The notes: generated by a model from the sequence alone, not told the origin. A DNA stretch of 64,000 nt from Candidatus Omnitrophota bacterium (GCA_030650425.1 JAUSED010000009.1:142846-206845); one strand, 5' to 3'; shown: positions 37,033 to 47,041, numbered from the stretch's first letter. Translations and numbers: made by a program.

Positions 37033-38103
37033 CTAACTGTTTTTCAGGTAGACCTTAGTATTGATTTTTTTGATGATCTTTAAGAAAGCGTCCACTACGC
37101 GAGGGTCGAATTGAGTCCCGCTCTTCTTTTTAATCTCTTTTATCGCCGAGTTGATATCTTTTCTTTCGCGGTACGGCCGTCCGTAGACCATCGCTTCAAA
37201 AGCATCCGCCACCGCCATAATCCGCGCTCCCTCGGGAATCTGGCCTTTTTTTAGGTGAGATGGATACCCTGTGCCGTTATATTTCTCATGATGATGCATG
37301 ATAATCGGAATCACCGGCTTAAGTACTTGTAACGGCCGTAATATTTGGGCTCCTTTAAGAGGGTGTCTCTTGATAATATTGAACTCCTTAGCTGTAAGCT
37401 TGGTGGTTTTAGTGAGTATCTCCGGAGGAATATCCACCTTGCCGGTATCGTGAAGTAAGCTGGCATATTTTAAACTCTGGATCTGTTTATCATCCAAATG
37501 CATCTGATGGCCTATCGCCGCGACCAAACGGCTAAAATATGGGGAATGCGTGTATTCCTGAGGCACCCGCATATCCAATAAAGTAACCAGCGATTTTATG
37601 CTCCCTAAAACTATTTTTTGCTGATCTTCATAAAGTTGAAGGTTCCTGATCCCCATGATCGCCTGTTCGATCAAAGTCATCAAGGCCTCCTGATCCGTAC
37701 TTTCAAAGGCATACGTATTTTTCTTGCGTTTTAATAAGATGACGCCTATCAGGTCGTCAGAAATAAAAGGAGCTCCGATAAAATTTCCGCGGATAATCAC
37801 GGAACTGGTCCGGATTATTCTTTTTTCCTCCCGGTTGACGATCCTAATCTTTTCCTCGGTGCAAAATTTACTTTTACCGTCGATAATACACCTTAAAATA
37901 GAGTACCTCTTTGTCGCGTCCAGCATAGTGATCTGGCAATAATCGGCGTTTAATATCTGGCTGATCAGGCGGGCTAGGCGCGGGATTAGATCCATCAATT
38001 CGTAAGTAGAATTCACCAGCCGGTAAATACTATGAATGGTGGAGATTAAGTTCTTATACCTTTTCGTAGGGGTCAAATAATTTTTTGTATTCATCCAGGG
38101 CAT
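37033..38103 (-). CDS. GAF plus HD-GYP domain protein (c-di-GMP phosphodiesterase-like)
   Basis: HD...HHEKYNGTGYP signature; N-terminal GAF-like domain. Confidence 0.75.
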   Translation of the reverse strand: MPWMNTKNYLTPTKRYKNLISTIHSIYRLVNSTYELMDLIPRLARLISQILNADYCQITMLDATKRYSILRCIIDGKSKFCTEEKIRIVNREEKRIIRTSSVIIRGNFIGAPFISDDLIGVILLKRKKNTYAFESTDQEALMTLIEQAIMGIRNLQLYEDQQKIVLGSIKSLVTLLDMRVPQEYTHSPYFSRLVAAIGHQMHLDDKQIQSLKYASLLHDTGKVDIPPEILTKTTKLTAKEFNIIKRHPLKGAQILRPLQVLKPVIPIIMHHHEKYNGTGYPSHLKKGQIPEGARIMAVADAFEAMVYGRPYRERKDINSAIKEIKKKSGTQFDPRVVDAFLKIIKKINTKVYLKNS

Positions 38104-39208
38104 ACCTGTCAGTCATTCCAGCAATATAGTCGCAGACCGTTCTCCTTACGCCGTCCTGACTGATCCGATTTTGAATTTTTTCAGGAAGCTGTTTTGGGTT
38201 AGCTAAGTAAACCTTAAACAATTCCTGTATAAAATGCTTGGCTTTGATACTCATGCGCACTACGCGGTAATGGTTATAAAGCCTCTCCATCAAGAATAGC
38301 CTGAGCGGTTTCCTTAATTGTAGCATATCCCGGCTAAAAGTGACGATTTTTTTATCAATTTTCTTGGCATCTTTACAAGACTTAAGCTTTAATTTCAGGA
38401 TGTTTTTTTGCGTCTCTTGAATTAAATCCGTGGCCTGAAGGTCAATTAATGACCTGATGATCAAATACCTTCTTTTTTCCGGGGAGATATGGTCATATTT
38501 CCTGGCAATATTCTTATTCAGCCTGTCCCAGATGGAAAGCTTCTCAAGCTCGGCTTCCCTGATTAACCCCGAAGCCAGTCCGTCATCAAGATCGTGATTA
38601 TCATAGGCTATCTCGTCGGCAATATCAACCACCTGAGTCTCTAAGGTAGGCGATTCTTCAGGAGACAACCCCTTTAATCTCGAACTTACATCGAAAGCTG
38701 TTGAATGCTTGGCTATCCCCTCCCTCACTTCCCAAGTCAGGTTAATTCCGGGAAAATCAGGGTATCTTTCTTCAAGATAATCTACCACTCTTAAACCTTG
38801 GGTATTATGATTGAACCCTCCGTGTTTAGACATCAGCTCGTTTAAGGCCTCTTCACCGGAATGGCCGAAGGCGGTATGCCCTAAATCATGGGCAAGGGCA
38901 ATTGCTTCGGTTAAATCGATATTTAAACGCAGGACGCTGGCGATTGTCCGGGCGATCTGGGCTACCTCAATGGTATGGGTAAGCCTTGTCCGATAGTAGT
39001 CACCCTCGTGATTTACAAAAACCTGAGTCTTATATTCCAGCCTTCTAAAAGCGGCAGAATGTATGATCCTGTCGCGATCGCGCTGATAACCAGACCTGTA
39101 CGGATGTTCTTTTTCCGGATAGATCCTTCCCTTACTATGTTCGCTCTTCATCGCGTAAGGAGCAAGGATCATATTTTCTATTTCTTTAAGCTGTTTTTGA
39201 TAAGGCAT
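38054..39208 (-). CDS. dGTP triphosphohydrolase-like HD-domain protein
   Basis: YQRDRDRIIHSAAFRRLEYKTQVF...HDLGHTAFGH. Confidence 0.8.
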   Translation of the reverse strand: MPYQKQLKEIENMILAPYAMKSEHSKGRIYPEKEHPYRSGYQRDRDRIIHSAAFRRLEYKTQVFVNHEGDYYRTRLTHTIEVAQIARTIASVLRLNIDLTEAIALAHDLGHTAFGHSGEEALNELMSKHGGFNHNTQGLRVVDYLEERYPDFPGINLTWEVREGIAKHSTAFDVSSRLKGLSPEESPTLETQVVDIADEIAYDNHDLDDGLASGLIREAELEKLSIWDRLNKNIARKYDHISPEKRRYLIIRSLIDLQATDLIQETQKNILKLKLKSCKDAKKIDKKIVTFSRDMLQLRKPLRLFLMERLYNHYRVVRMSIKAKHFIQELFKVYLANPKQLPEKIQNRISQDGVRRTVCDYIAGMTDRYALDEYKKLFDPYEKV

Positions 39209-39710
39209 TTTTCAATTCCTTATATAGTTCATCCAATGATTGCGAGATTATTTTAGTATCGAACATTGCCGGCATAAAATTGCTGTCTCCCAGCCAACGC
39301 GGAACGATATGTATATGCAGGTGCCCGGTTATACCGGCTCCTGCTGCCCGGCCCATATTTAGGCCTATGTTATAACCTTGGGGCTTGACCACCTTATCCA
39401 ATAGTTTTTGCGCTCTTTTGATAGCCCGGAATAAATCTAAAGCCTCTTCATCTTTTAACTGATCAATTCCAGCCACATGCCTGAGCGGGCTAACCATCAT
39501 ATGCCCGTTATTATATGGGAAAATATTCAACAGGGCAATCGCGTGCGCGGTCTTGAAGATAATATAATCCTTCCGCTTCCTGGCGCTTCCCCCGCAGAAT
39601 AAGCACCCTTTCTGTTTTTTATTCCTGATATAATTTATTCTCCATGGCGCCCAAAGTTTATCCATATTATATTCTAAGTATTTTCGCCTGTATGCCATCG
39701 TTAATTTCAA
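39186..39710 (-). CDS. HIT-family protein
   Basis: Histidine triad GHLHIHIVPR. Confidence 0.75.
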   Translation of the reverse strand: MKLTMAYRRKYLEYNMDKLWAPWRINYIRNKKQKGCLFCGGSARKRKDYIIFKTAHAIALLNIFPYNNGHMMVSPLRHVAGIDQLKDEEALDLFRAIKRAQKLLDKVVKPQGYNIGLNMGRAAGAGITGHLHIHIVPRWLGDSNFMPAMFDTKIISQSLDELYKELKNALSKTA

Positions 39711-40155
39711 TTACGCCGTAAGTATTACAATCCTCGCATAACTTATCCGTCGGGCTGCCCGGGTTAAAAAAGATGGTATTATCCCGTTTCTCATTTAAGG
39801 CGGAATGAGTATGTCCGAAGACGATGATATCTAATTTCTCGCTCTTAAATTCCGAGTTAAGGATATCAAAGATCCTGTGCGGCGCGCCAAAGCCGTGAAA
39901 TAAGCCGATTTTGAAATTTCCGGCCTTGAAGATTTCTTTCTGCGGCAAGATATTTTTAATCTCCAAAGGATCCATATTTCCGCAAACCGCCTTAAGGTTT
40001 TTACAGATGGACTTCAGTCTTTGTAGAAAGTCAACGGCTACAAAATCACCGGCGTGAATAACCATATCCGCGCTTTTTATCTCTTCAATTAATTTTAGGG
40101 GCAGGCTGGCAGCCCGGTCCGGTATATGCGTATCGGAAATCACCACTATTTTCAC
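39667..40155 (-). CDS. YfcE-like metallophosphoesterase
   Basis: MKIVVISDTH...HAGDF...GNMD...FGHTH. Confidence 0.75.
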   Translation of the reverse strand: MKIVVISDTHIPDRAASLPLKLIEEIKSADMVIHAGDFVAVDFLQRLKSICKNLKAVCGNMDPLEIKNILPQKEIFKAGNFKIGLFHGFGAPHRIFDILNSEFKSEKLDIIVFGHTHSALNEKRDNTIFFNPGSPTDKLCEDCNTYGVIEINDGIQAKILRI

Positions 40156-40169
40156 TTAAACTCTCTCCT

Positions 40170-41759
40170 CTATGCGATTACGCGTGGCTTGGAATATAAA
40201 TCGAGAATCTGGTTCAAACTATTGATATCCCAAGTCCAGATTTTTTCCTCTAATGCCCTTAGCCTGGTATTCATGTCGATATCTTTGAGGGTTACGATGA
40301 TCTTCCTCTGGAGCTTATGCCGGTATTTCCGGCATTCCCGGGAAAACTCCAAAACATCTTCTTCCGTAAGCACCTCCTGCTTTACCGCGACAATCCAAAG
40401 GCTCTCGTTAGAGCGTCCAATCAAGCCATGCGAAAGCACAGGGCTGCGGAATTGCAGGGGTTTAATTTCGCGAAAATGGTTCAGGCGCACCTTTCTTCTT
40501 TCTAGCTGCACTATTTCGTCCTCAAATGAACCCAAAAGTTCGTTCACCCTCTCCATCAGCGGTTTTTGCGCCTGAACGATAAATTCCTGAATCATCTCAT
40601 CCAGATTATCGCGAAACTTGACCTTCTGGTTCTTGGCGTCAAAGGTAAGCGACTGAAGCTTTCCCTGATAAACAAATTTCATCCAAAAGCTAAAAACCCG
40701 GTCATTGATTTTTAAGAAATCACCGCTGCGCGTAATCGTATCAAGTTCAAGCAAATGATTAATCCTGGAAATTAAATCTTTTTTGGTCATATGTAAAAGA
40801 TGGGCAATCTCTTTTATCTTGTTCCTGCCGCTGGAGATCAGGTAAAGAATAGCAATATAGTCATTGCTATGTGCCTGGCCAAGAAAACTCCTGATATAAT
40901 TATAAAACCTCTGATTCAAGATTCCGGTTGAATCGAAAAGCTCATCCTCTAATATCTCCGCGAGATTGCTTCCTTTGTTTTCCAGTAAAGCGTTGGCAAT
41001 AACTTCAAGATACAAAGGATACCCGCCGGTGAAATGGACGATAAAACTAACCAACGGAACGGCTAAATTGACGCTGCCAAGCCTATTCTGTAAATATTCT
41101 CCGCTTGTCCTGATATCAAACGGTTCAACCGTGATCACTTCAAAATTACCGAATAATAGAGAGAGGTTCTTAGAAAGGATGTTTTTAGTTTTAAGCTTCA
41201 TCGAGCTTATGATGATATACATTGTATTTTTACTGGAGATAAGTAATCTGGACCATTCGCGGTAGAGATTTAAGAAACCTATTTGTTCCAGGTTCTGGAA
41301 TTCATCAAATATAACTACGCAGAATTTTCCTGTCTCCTGATGCAGGGATTCGCAGAGCAGGTTTAGTTCGCTAAACACATTTTTCGTTTTCCTCTTGCTT
41401 AGGCTATCCAGGATCGATCTTACTTTATTAACTGTATCGGGAAGGTATTTTTCGGATTTAGCTATCAGAAATTCAAGGTCTTCTTTTAGCGCGATATCGC
41501 TGTTAATCAGAAAATTATAGAGTAAGACACCGATAAACCTCTTGGCAAATGAAGCGACCGGCTCCGGCCTGACATCAAGATAAAGAGGAACAATTCGATT
41601 ATCCTGGAATTTATCCAGAAAGTTAAAGATTATGGAAGTCTTACCTACAAGCTCATCTCCGACTATAGCGATGTTCTGGCGGTAATTATCCTTCAAACCG
41701 CTTACCCGTTTCTCTAATATCTCTTCGTAAGCTTTACGGCCAAAAAATATTTTTTTCAT
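40170..41759 (-). CDS. Arch_ATPase-type AAA ATPase with C-terminal DUF234-like region
   Basis: Walker A IAIVGDELVGKTS, Walker B VVIFDEFQ; 529 aa. Confidence 0.55.
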   Translation of the reverse strand: MKKIFFGRKAYEEILEKRVSGLKDNYRQNIAIVGDELVGKTSIIFNFLDKFQDNRIVPLYLDVRPEPVASFAKRFIGVLLYNFLINSDIALKEDLEFLIAKSEKYLPDTVNKVRSILDSLSKRKTKNVFSELNLLCESLHQETGKFCVVIFDEFQNLEQIGFLNLYREWSRLLISSKNTMYIIISSMKLKTKNILSKNLSLLFGNFEVITVEPFDIRTSGEYLQNRLGSVNLAVPLVSFIVHFTGGYPLYLEVIANALLENKGSNLAEILEDELFDSTGILNQRFYNYIRSFLGQAHSNDYIAILYLISSGRNKIKEIAHLLHMTKKDLISRINHLLELDTITRSGDFLKINDRVFSFWMKFVYQGKLQSLTFDAKNQKVKFRDNLDEMIQEFIVQAQKPLMERVNELLGSFEDEIVQLERRKVRLNHFREIKPLQFRSPVLSHGLIGRSNESLWIVAVKQEVLTEEDVLEFSRECRKYRHKLQRKIIVTLKDIDMNTRLRALEEKIWTWDINSLNQILDLYSKPRVIA

Positions 41760-42421
41760 CAGGGTAGGTAAAATAATGGGTTTTGCGGGACAGCGCCCCG
41801 CCTTACTTCAAAATGTAAATAAGTGTTCCTCTCTCGTCCGGCTGCTCCGGCTTTAGCTATAATCGTCCCTTTTTGCACGCTATCTCCGGCCTTCACGAAT
41901 ATCCGCGCGTTCCTTCCATAAACAGTGAATAAACCGTCATTATGCTCAATAATTACTGTCTTACCAAAACCCGCAAAATCATTGTCTATAAAGACAATCT
42001 TACCGCTTCGGGAAGCCAAAATATCCAGAGAAGCACTAGGCTGAATGTTAATCCCTTTATTCAGTATATTATTAATCGTCTGTCCAAAAGATCCGCATAA
42101 TCGGCCGCGCAGAGGCCAGATGAAATCATCATTATCATTATATTTAACATCCCGCGCGGGAGGATTTACGCGGTTAGGAATAAAAACCTGCTGGCCTACT
42201 TCTACTGCCGTAGTATCGGCTATCTTGTTTACCCGGGCTAATTCTTCAAGATCAATCCCATAAATTTTGGATATTCTCCAAAGTGTTTGGCCCTTTTCAA
42301 CACGATGATATATGCCGGGCATAGCCTGAACAGGCGGTAAACCCGGTTTAACGAGCGTAGGAGCAGTACTACATCCAGCCAGCCCTAAAGCTAATAGAAT
42401 TGTCACTAATATTTTATTCAT
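41759..42421 (-). CDS. Lipoprotein with LysM and M23 peptidase domains
   Basis: Lipobox LALGLAGCS; LysM GQTLWRISKIYGIDLEELARVN; M23-like C-terminus. Confidence 0.7.
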   Translation of the reverse strand: MNKILVTILLALGLAGCSTAPTLVKPGLPPVQAMPGIYHRVEKGQTLWRISKIYGIDLEELARVNKIADTTAVEVGQQVFIPNRVNPPARDVKYNDNDDFIWPLRGRLCGSFGQTINNILNKGINIQPSASLDILASRSGKIVFIDNDFAGFGKTVIIEHNDGLFTVYGRNARIFVKAGDSVQKGTIIAKAGAAGRERNTYLHFEVRRGAVPQNPLFYLP

Positions 42422-42433
42422 TCTTCATCTAAA

Positions 42434-42504
42434 AGCGGGTGAGCGGAATCGAACCGCCATATCCAGCTTGGGAAGCTGGTGTTCTACCACTGAACTACAC
42501 CCGC
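42434..42504 (-). tRNA. tRNA-Gly (anticodon CCC)
   Basis: Minus-strand sequence gcgggtgtagttcagtggtagaacaccagcttcccaagctggatatggcggttcgattccgctcacccgct folds as a cloverleaf with 7/7 acceptor stem and T-loop GGTTCGATTCC. Confidence 0.85.
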
Positions 42505-43778
42505 AGGCATTCATCCATAAGCTTAATCGAACAATATGCCCCGCACATTGTGCATACCTCTTGATTCTCCGGCTGTGATTGATTACGGTATTCCTGGGCC
42601 TTTAGCGGGTCTATGGAGAGTTTAATCTGTTTCTTCCAATCGCGTTTTTTACGCGCCAAAGACATATCCCTATCCCATTTTATGGCTAATTTATTGTTTT
42701 TTACCAAATCGGCCGCGTGAGCAGAAATCCTTGAGGCAATCACCCCTTCCCTGACATCTTCGGCTGACGGATGCCTTAAGTGTTCAGCCGGAGTAACGTA
42801 ACATAAAAAATCCGCTCCAAAACTGGCAGCGATTGCCCCGCCGATCGAAGCATTAATATGGTCATAACCGCTAGCCACGTCCGTTACCAGCGGACCCAAA
42901 ACATAAAATGGGGCCTGGTGGCAGTATTTTTTCTCTAAGGCTATATTTTCTTCTATCTGATTCAACGGAACATGTCCCGGGCCTTCGATCATCACCTGAA
43001 CGTTTCTTTTTTTCGCCCGCAGCGCAAGTTCCCCGAGAGTTTTGAGCTCGCCTAGCTGAGCCTTATCTGTAGCATCTAAAATTGAACCCGGACGCATCCC
43101 ATCCCCCAAGCTCAAAACTACGTCATATTTATAGGCTATCTCCAATATTTCATCAAAATATTCATAAAACGGATTTTCCGCTTGATGAAAAGACATCCAG
43201 TTGGCGATGATCGCCCCTCCCCTTGAAACAATATCCAGTATTCGCTTGTGCTTTTTAAGCGTATCCAGATTTTTCCTGTTCACCCCCGAGTGAATAGTAA
43301 AAAAATCAACCCCTTCTTCCGCCTGCTCTTCTAAAACTCTCAGCATATCGGCTGGAGTAAATTTCAGAAAATTCTTATTTTTATTCTGGGCACCAACGGC
43401 AATTTCATATACCGGGACAGTCCCGACGGGGATGGCTGAACGCTTGATTATTTCTTTACGCAGGCCTTTCAAATTAAGGCCGACACTCAAATCCATTACA
43501 CTATCCGCTCCATATTCAATAGAAATGTCTAATTTTTTTAATTCTTCTTTAAGGCTGGATTTATCGGTGGAAGTACCGAGGTTCGCGTTTACTTTCGTAC
43601 GCAAAGAGAAGCCTACCCCGCAAGGTTTAGCAAGATGATGGATTCTATTTTTAAGTATGACTACCCTGCCTTCTCTGATATATCTTAGAAGATTTTGGGG
43701 AGAAATCTTTTCATCGCGCGCAATCTTGCGCATAAGCGGGGTAATTTTATTGCTTTTTGCGGATTCAAGTTGGGTCAT
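42495..43778 (-). CDS. thiC: Phosphomethylpyrimidine synthase
   Basis: Full-length ThiC with C-terminal CTMCGAYCSIK Fe-S motif. Confidence 0.85.
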   Translation of the reverse strand: MTQLESAKSNKITPLMRKIARDEKISPQNLLRYIREGRVVILKNRIHHLAKPCGVGFSLRTKVNANLGTSTDKSSLKEELKKLDISIEYGADSVMDLSVGLNLKGLRKEIIKRSAIPVGTVPVYEIAVGAQNKNKNFLKFTPADMLRVLEEQAEEGVDFFTIHSGVNRKNLDTLKKHKRILDIVSRGGAIIANWMSFHQAENPFYEYFDEILEIAYKYDVVLSLGDGMRPGSILDATDKAQLGELKTLGELALRAKKRNVQVMIEGPGHVPLNQIEENIALEKKYCHQAPFYVLGPLVTDVASGYDHINASIGGAIAASFGADFLCYVTPAEHLRHPSAEDVREGVIASRISAHAADLVKNNKLAIKWDRDMSLARKKRDWKKQIKLSIDPLKAQEYRNQSQPENQEVCTMCGAYCSIKLMDECLRV

Positions 43779-44209
43779 TTTATCTCCAAGATTCTTCCAG
43801 CCGCCTTCTTTTCGACTGCGTATATTCTATACCTGACCTTCTTAAACTCGAGGGCGGAATTTATATCGACCAGTTTACTGAATTCCTCTAAAACTCTTAC
43901 CGACTCCTTGACCCGTTGAATATTGGCAAAGAAAATATCCTGGAGGCTCCTTCTATTTAATTCATTAGCACGGATATTTCTACCCACATCTTCCTGAACC
44001 AATCTTTCCTGGAGTAATTCTTTCTTGGCGGCTAAATCATTGGCAATCGCGTCAATTTCGTGCCTCAGTGTTTTTAACTCCAAACTAAGACTATGGCTAT
44101 TAAGTATAAATCTGGTAATTTCTTCGCAGACGCGCAGGCCTTCTTTGGCGCGATTAATATTGGCGTCGATGATCCGATTGACTGTGCTTTGCTTAGCGCG
44201 AGTTGACAA
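43775..44209 (-). CDS. Hypothetical helical protein, operon-coupled between the heptose transferase gene and thiC
   Basis: Overlapping start and stop codons with both neighbours. Confidence 0.3.
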   Translation of the reverse strand: MSTRAKQSTVNRIIDANINRAKEGLRVCEEITRFILNSHSLSLELKTLRHEIDAIANDLAAKKELLQERLVQEDVGRNIRANELNRRSLQDIFFANIQRVKESVRVLEEFSKLVDINSALEFKKVRYRIYAVEKKAAGRILEIK

Positions 44210-44693
44210 TTTTTTTAACTAGACTAGTAGTAGAAAGCCCCTTTACAAGCTTGATAGTGATGACTTTCCCGCCGTAAGATTCCACAAAACCGCTTCCGAT
44301 AATCTTACTCTTCTCCCAATCCGCTCCCTTGATTAAAATATCCGGTTTAATTTTTTTTATTACCTCTAAAGGAGTAGCCTCTTTAAATAAAGTGAGGTAA
44401 TCAACGCTGGCTAACGCGGATAATAATTTCAGCCGGTTACGCTCATCCACGATCGGCCTATTCTTTCCCTTAATCTTCCTAATCGAAGAGTCGCTGTTCA
44501 CCGCAACCACTAAAATATCACCTTTATTCTTGGCATCCTGAAGGTATTTGGCATGGCCATAGTGCAAAAGGTCAAAACAGCCGTTGGTGAAAACTATTTT
44601 TTGGCCTTGCCGTTTAAGCCTGTTGATTTCTCTTTGCAGCGCGCCTTGCGTTTTTATTTTCAAGAGAGGCTTGCCTCTTCGATTAGTTCGCAT
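44193..44693 (-). CDS. D-glycero-beta-D-manno-heptose-1-phosphate adenylyltransferase (RfaE domain II-like)
   Basis: FTNGCFDLLHYGHAKYL cytidylyltransferase HxGH motif. Confidence 0.75.
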   Translation of the reverse strand: MRTNRRGKPLLKIKTQGALQREINRLKRQGQKIVFTNGCFDLLHYGHAKYLQDAKNKGDILVVAVNSDSSIRKIKGKNRPIVDERNRLKLLSALASVDYLTLFKEATPLEVIKKIKPDILIKGADWEKSKIIGSGFVESYGGKVITIKLVKGLSTTSLVKKIVNSR

Positions 44694-45229
44694 AGAATAT
44701 GTCCTATGGTAATGTGGGCTTCCTGGATCCGGGCAGTAATGTTTGAAGGGGCAACCAAGGCTATATCCGCTAATTTCACCAATTCTCCGCCATCTCCTCC
44801 GGTTAAGGCTATGGTTTTCAAGCCCATCTTTTTGGCCTGCTTAAGGCCCAAGGCCACATTCTTAGCCTTACCGCTGGTAGATATGCCAAACGCTACATCG
44901 TTTTTTCCAGCTAACGCTTCAATTTGCCGGGCGAAAACCACTTCATAACCAAAATCATTGGCTAAAGCAGTAATAATGGAAGTATTCGTAGTGAGGGCTA
45001 TCGCGGCCAAGGCCGGACGGTCTTTCTTAAATCTACCCACGAGCTCCGCGGCTATATGCTGGGAGTCGCTGGCTGAGCCGCCATTACCAAAGATAATTAA
45101 TTTTCCGCCTTTCTTAAGCGCTTCTATTATTACCTCAGAGATTCGCAATATCTGGCTGATATTACTTTTTAACAACCCTTCTTTAACCTGAATACTCTCA
45201 AGGATAATCTCTTTGACTCTATCTCTCAT
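44660..45229 (-). CDS. gmhA: Phosphoheptose isomerase (SIS domain)
   Basis: LIIFGNGGSASDSQHIAAEL...STSGKAKNV. Confidence 0.8.
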   Translation of the reverse strand: MRDRVKEIILESIQVKEGLLKSNISQILRISEVIIEALKKGGKLIIFGNGGSASDSQHIAAELVGRFKKDRPALAAIALTTNTSIITALANDFGYEVVFARQIEALAGKNDVAFGISTSGKAKNVALGLKQAKKMGLKTIALTGGDGGELVKLADIALVAPSNITARIQEAHITIGHILCELIEEASLS

Positions 45230-45243
45230 TTTGCCTGCCTTTT

Positions 45244-46275
45244 TTAACCAAAGAATACTTTGGCAATATCGTAGAGTTCCATATCTACGGTCTTTAGCGC
45301 TTTCACCGCGTCAGCCAATGGCACATCGATTATCTTAACCCCTTGCAAAGCGACCATTCTCCCAAATTTATTATTCTTGATTAATTCGACCGCCTTTACG
45401 CCAAACCTGGTCCCCAAAACCCTATCGAAAGCTGTTGGCGAGCCGCCCCTCTGTATATGGCCAAGCACGCTCACCCTTGTTTCGAAACCAGTCCTTTTTT
45501 CTATTTCTTCGCCTAAGGCATCGCCAATCCCTCCTAAACGCACGTGGCCAAAGGCATCCAGCTTCTTCTCCCGGGTAATCATCCCCGTATCTTTAAATTG
45601 AGCTCCTTCAGCTACTACGACAATACTGAAAGTTTTTCCGCGTTCATGTCTTTTTTTGATTATATCGCATACCTCTTCAATATCTATTGGAATTTCAGGT
45701 ATCAGGACTACATCCGCGCCTCCGGCAATCCCTGCTTCAATGGCGATCCAACCAGCGTGCCTTCCCATTACTTCAGCCACGATGATCCGATGATGGCTTT
45801 CAGCGGTTGTATGCAGGCGGTCAATACATTCTGTCGCGACATTTAAAGCAGTATCAAAACCAAAGGTATAATCTGTCGCCGAAAGATCATTGTCGATAGT
45901 TTTAGGTACGCCGACAATATTAGGTATCCCGTCCCGGGTTAACTTTGAAGCTACCCCCAAAGTATCTTCTCCGCCTACAGCCACCAACGCGCTTAAACCC
46001 ATCTTCTTGAAATTTTCTTTAACTTTTTTTAAATCTTCTTCCTTCTTATAGGGGTTAGTCCTGGATGTACCCAAAATTGTTCCGCCTTTAGGCAATATTC
46101 CGGAAACAGCGGCTAAATTTAAAGCCAAAGTATCATTTTCAACTAAGCCCTTCCAGCCGTTTTTAATTCCTACTACCTCATAACCTTCCAATAAAGACTT
46201 CCTCACTACCGCCCGGATAACCGGGTTTAATCCGGGGCAATCCCCGCCGCCTGTAAGTATGCCGATCCTTTCCAT
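45244..46275 (-). CDS. pfkA: 6-phosphofructokinase
   Basis: MERIGILTGGGDCPGLNPVIRAVV and GGDGT-family motifs. Confidence 0.85.
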   Translation of the reverse strand: MERIGILTGGGDCPGLNPVIRAVVRKSLLEGYEVVGIKNGWKGLVENDTLALNLAAVSGILPKGGTILGTSRTNPYKKEEDLKKVKENFKKMGLSALVAVGGEDTLGVASKLTRDGIPNIVGVPKTIDNDLSATDYTFGFDTALNVATECIDRLHTTAESHHRIIVAEVMGRHAGWIAIEAGIAGGADVVLIPEIPIDIEEVCDIIKKRHERGKTFSIVVVAEGAQFKDTGMITREKKLDAFGHVRLGGIGDALGEEIEKRTGFETRVSVLGHIQRGGSPTAFDRVLGTRFGVKAVELIKNNKFGRMVALQGVKIIDVPLADAVKALKTVDMELYDIAKVFFG

Positions 46276-46289
46276 CCAAATGCCTCCTC

Positions 46290-46895
46290 TTATGCCCTTC
46301 CGTATCCGCTAAATGGAGCCGTAGGTTCTTCTTTTTCAAAATCCTTTTTCTTTTTTTCTTTATCGTCTAAAGGGACGATCTTGGCCACGTGTATCTTGAC
46401 GGTTATCCGCTCTTCAATCCCTAAGACCTCCTGTATTTTAGATTTAGTAATATCCTGCAGCCTCGCGGTTAAATCCGGAATATTCGCCTCTCTTTTTAAG
46501 ACTACTCTTAGATCGACGAGGATCCCTTTTTTAGTAGCGATAACATCCGGCCTTAATTCTTTTATTTCGGGAAGAACACCGGTGAGCCTGCGGATCAAAT
46601 CTTCAACCGCTGAGAGCGCGATAGTCACTTCTCCCGAAGCAGTTTCAAAGGCAATGGTTTTTTCGCGCTGCAGGCGCCCCAAAATAAGCCGGGCAAAAGC
46701 AACGCTCAAGAAAATAAGTAAAAGCCCGCAGAGGCCGCTTGAAATCCGGGCATTAGGGCTGGATCTTAGGTAGTCAAAAAAGTTAGTTACATATTGCGGC
46801 TGCGGCAGGTTTAAAGAAAAGGCGATTAAGACGATACCGGCTAAAATAATTACTGCCGCGTAAAAAAATATTCCGAGCACCGTAAATATACGCAT
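46290..46895 (-). CDS. Hypothetical membrane protein (possibly Asp23/Gls24-like)
   Basis: Two N-terminal TM helices; weak Asp23-like C-terminus. Confidence 0.35.
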   Translation of the reverse strand: MRIFTVLGIFFYAAVIILAGIVLIAFSLNLPQPQYVTNFFDYLRSSPNARISSGLCGLLLIFLSVAFARLILGRLQREKTIAFETASGEVTIALSAVEDLIRRLTGVLPEIKELRPDVIATKKGILVDLRVVLKREANIPDLTARLQDITKSKIQEVLGIEERITVKIHVAKIVPLDDKEKKKKDFEKEEPTAPFSGYGRA

Positions 46896-46912
46896 AGTTT
46901 ATCCTTTCTGTA

Positions 46913-47040
46913 CCCTAGTAGGGGACACTTTCCAGACTCGGACAGTAGGGGACACTTTCCAACAAGCAGTAAACGAGCGTAGGAAAATGTCCCCTACTGC
47001 GTCTAGGAAAGTATCCTCTGAGCGCGCCCTGAGCGCGGGT
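46913..47040. repeat. Composite cluster of GGGGACACTTTCC-family units
   Basis: Two direct cagtaggggacactttcc copies, one inverted ggaaaatgtcccctactg arm, one degenerate ggaaagtatcc unit; 35-nt module shared with 61190..61235. Confidence 0.8.
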
Positions 47041-47041
47041 A

